From Alistipes sp. (lineage in GTDB: Bacteria > Bacteroidota > Bacteroidia > Bacteroidales > Rikenellaceae): a DNA stretch of 64,000 bases. The notes under the pieces were generated by a model. The model made no database searches. It saw only the letters and a program-made list of their open reading frames with translations, and was not told the DNA's origin. Location of the stretch: NCBI GenBank assembly GCA_017629145.1, contig JAGBXR010000042.1, positions 2,000 through 65,999 on the forward strand, read 5' to 3'. Positions 62,360-64,000 of the stretch are shown piece after piece. The translations under genes and the position numbers were made by a program. Each line of letters begins with the position of its first letter. Within the stretch, counting starts at the first letter, position 1.

Positions 62360-64000
62360 ATGAAACGACTATTTTTAACTTTCGCTGCCCTCTGCGCTTT
62401 TGCAGTTGCCGAGGCACAGGTTAGCTACCTCGAGATGGTAGAGATGCGCGGCAAGCGCCCTGACTATATCAACCCAGCGTCGCTCACTCCACTTGCCGGC
62501 ACAGACAAGTATATGGAGCTTGATGGCAAGCGCGTAGTGGTCTACGACTACTGCGAGAAGGGCCTCGGTGATGTGGTATTCAGCTCGGACAAACTCCTGA
62601 TGTCGTATGTCAAGTCTCCAGACGGCACTATGGCGTTGTACGAGAAGTGGGATGGCGAGTCACCACGTAAGGAGATCTATCGCCACTCGTACACCTCGGA
62701 CTACTACGTCTCGCGTCCCGATGGCTGGACGGTCAAGGTTGACGATGTCCGCGATGTATCGTTCTCGCCCGACTCAAAGTTCTTGGCTATGAGCTACAAC
62801 AACGATTTGTTCCTCTACGACTTCTCGACAAACGAGATTTACAACATCACGTATGATGGTCAGTGGAACCACATCATCAACGGTACTACCGACTGGGTAT
62901 ACGAGGAGGAGTATGGCTTCACGAAGGCCTATGCATTCTCGCCTGACAGCAAGGAGATTGCCTACCTCAAGTTCGACGAGAGCGAGGTTAAGGAGTTCGA
63001 GATGATGCGCTACGACAACGAACTCTACAACAAGGCATACAAGTTCAAGTATCCGAAGGCTGGCGAGAAAAACTCTGTAGTTACGCTTCACGTCTACAAC
63101 CTCGAGACACGCCAGACACGCCAGATTTCGACAGGCAAGCAGACCGACCAGTATATCCCTCGTTTGGGCTATACGCCTAACGGTGAGCTATTCTTCTATC
63201 GCGTCAACCGCCTTCAGAACCACTTCGAGGTGGTACTCGTGGCAGCTGATGGCACACAGCGCGTTATCTACAACGAGAAGGACGACCGCTATGTTGAGCG
63301 TCCTAACGACCAGAGCGTAATCTTCATCGATGGCGACCGCTTCGTAGTTCGTGAGGAGACAACATCGGGCTGGTTCCACCTCTACCTCCACTCTGTAGCA
63401 TTGGGTCGCTTGCACGCCATCACATCGGGCGAGTGGGAGGTGACACAGCTTGTCGGCTTGTCGCAGGATAAGAAGCACCTCTATTATATGTCTACCGAGC
63501 AGTCGCCATTGGAGCGCCACCTCTACGTCATCGACCTCGAAGGCAAGGGTAAGAAGTGCTTGCTCTCGAAGCCTGGCTACTGGAAGGTATACCCATCGGC
63601 AGATATGAGCTACTTCGCTGCGGAGCACTCTGCAACAGACTGCTATCCTACGGCTGCAGTCTACAACGCCAAGGGTAAGATGGTTCGTTCGTTGATGGTC
63701 GACGAGAATGCTGCCAAGAATGCTGCTACGCCCGACTATCAGCGCAACTACTACACCTTCACTACCGAGCGCGGCGATGAGTTGCAGTACTATCTCATCT
63801 ATCCAAAGAACTACAACCCAGCAAATCGCTACCCAGTGCTCATCACCCAGTACTCGGGTCCTGGCTCACAGCAGATCGAGAACCGCTGGACAACCGACTG
63901 GGAGGAGACATTGGCACACAACGGCTATATCGTAGCTTGCTGCGATGCTCGAGGTACGGGTTTCCGTGGCGAGGAGTTCAAGAAGGTGACATACGCTAAC
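62360..64000 (+). CDS. Dipeptidyl peptidase IV (S9B), partial
   Basis: Not in the ORF track (open to the edge). Signal peptide MKRLFLTF..; NGTTDWVYEEE, YPKAG, QYSGPGSQ, DARGTGFRG. Confidence 0.9.
   Translation, partial: MKRLFLTFAALCAFAVAEAQVSYLEMVEMRGKRPDYINPASLTPLAGTDKYMELDGKRVVVYDYCEKGLGDVVFSSDKLLMSYVKSPDGTMALYEKWDGESPRKEIYRHSYTSDYYVSRPDGWTVKVDDVRDVSFSPDSKFLAMSYNNDLFLYDFSTNEIYNITYDGQWNHIINGTTDWVYEEEYGFTKAYAFSPDSKEIAYLKFDESEVKEFEMMRYDNELYNKAYKFKYPKAGEKNSVVTLHVYNLETRQTRQISTGKQTDQYIPRLGYTPNGELFFYRVNRLQNHFEVVLVAADGTQRVIYNEKDDRYVERPNDQSVIFIDGDRFVVREETTSGWFHLYLHSVALGRLHAITSGEWEVTQLVGLSQDKKHLYYMSTEQSPLERHLYVIDLEGKGKKCLLSKPGYWKVYPSADMSYFAAEHSATDCYPTAAVYNAKGKMVRSLMVDENAAKNAATPDYQRNYYTFTTERGDELQYYLIYPKNYNPANRYPVLITQYSGPGSQQIENRWTTDWEETLAHNGYIVACCDARGTGFRGEEFKKVTYAN

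Overview
Mostly core chromosome of a Bacteroidota bacterium, probably Rikenellaceae/Alistipes-like (inferred from gene content, fimbrillin-type lipoproteins and TAnnTTTG promoters). It holds 46 complete CDS, 2 partial CDS at the edges, a DUF418-type pseudogene, tRNA-Phe, tRNA-Thr and a probable 6S RNA between zapA and rny. No integrase, transposase, prophage or CRISPR is visible. Best candidate for an undescribed system: an apparently acquired three-lipoprotein operon (3374-8073) made of a beta-rich lipoprotein, a BMP-type binding protein and a Venus-flytrap domain fused to a legumain-like C13 protease. Other notable signals: CATG is seen only in that operon; none of the 46 complete CDS ends in TGA and prfB lacks its UGA frameshift; tRNA-Thr is followed by a 168-bp-period tandem repeat carrying both the tRNA 3' end and an antisense copy of part of its T-arm; and a fimbrillin-like domain is fused to a GH13 amylase. 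All calls come from reading the sequence and motifs by eye; no searches were run.
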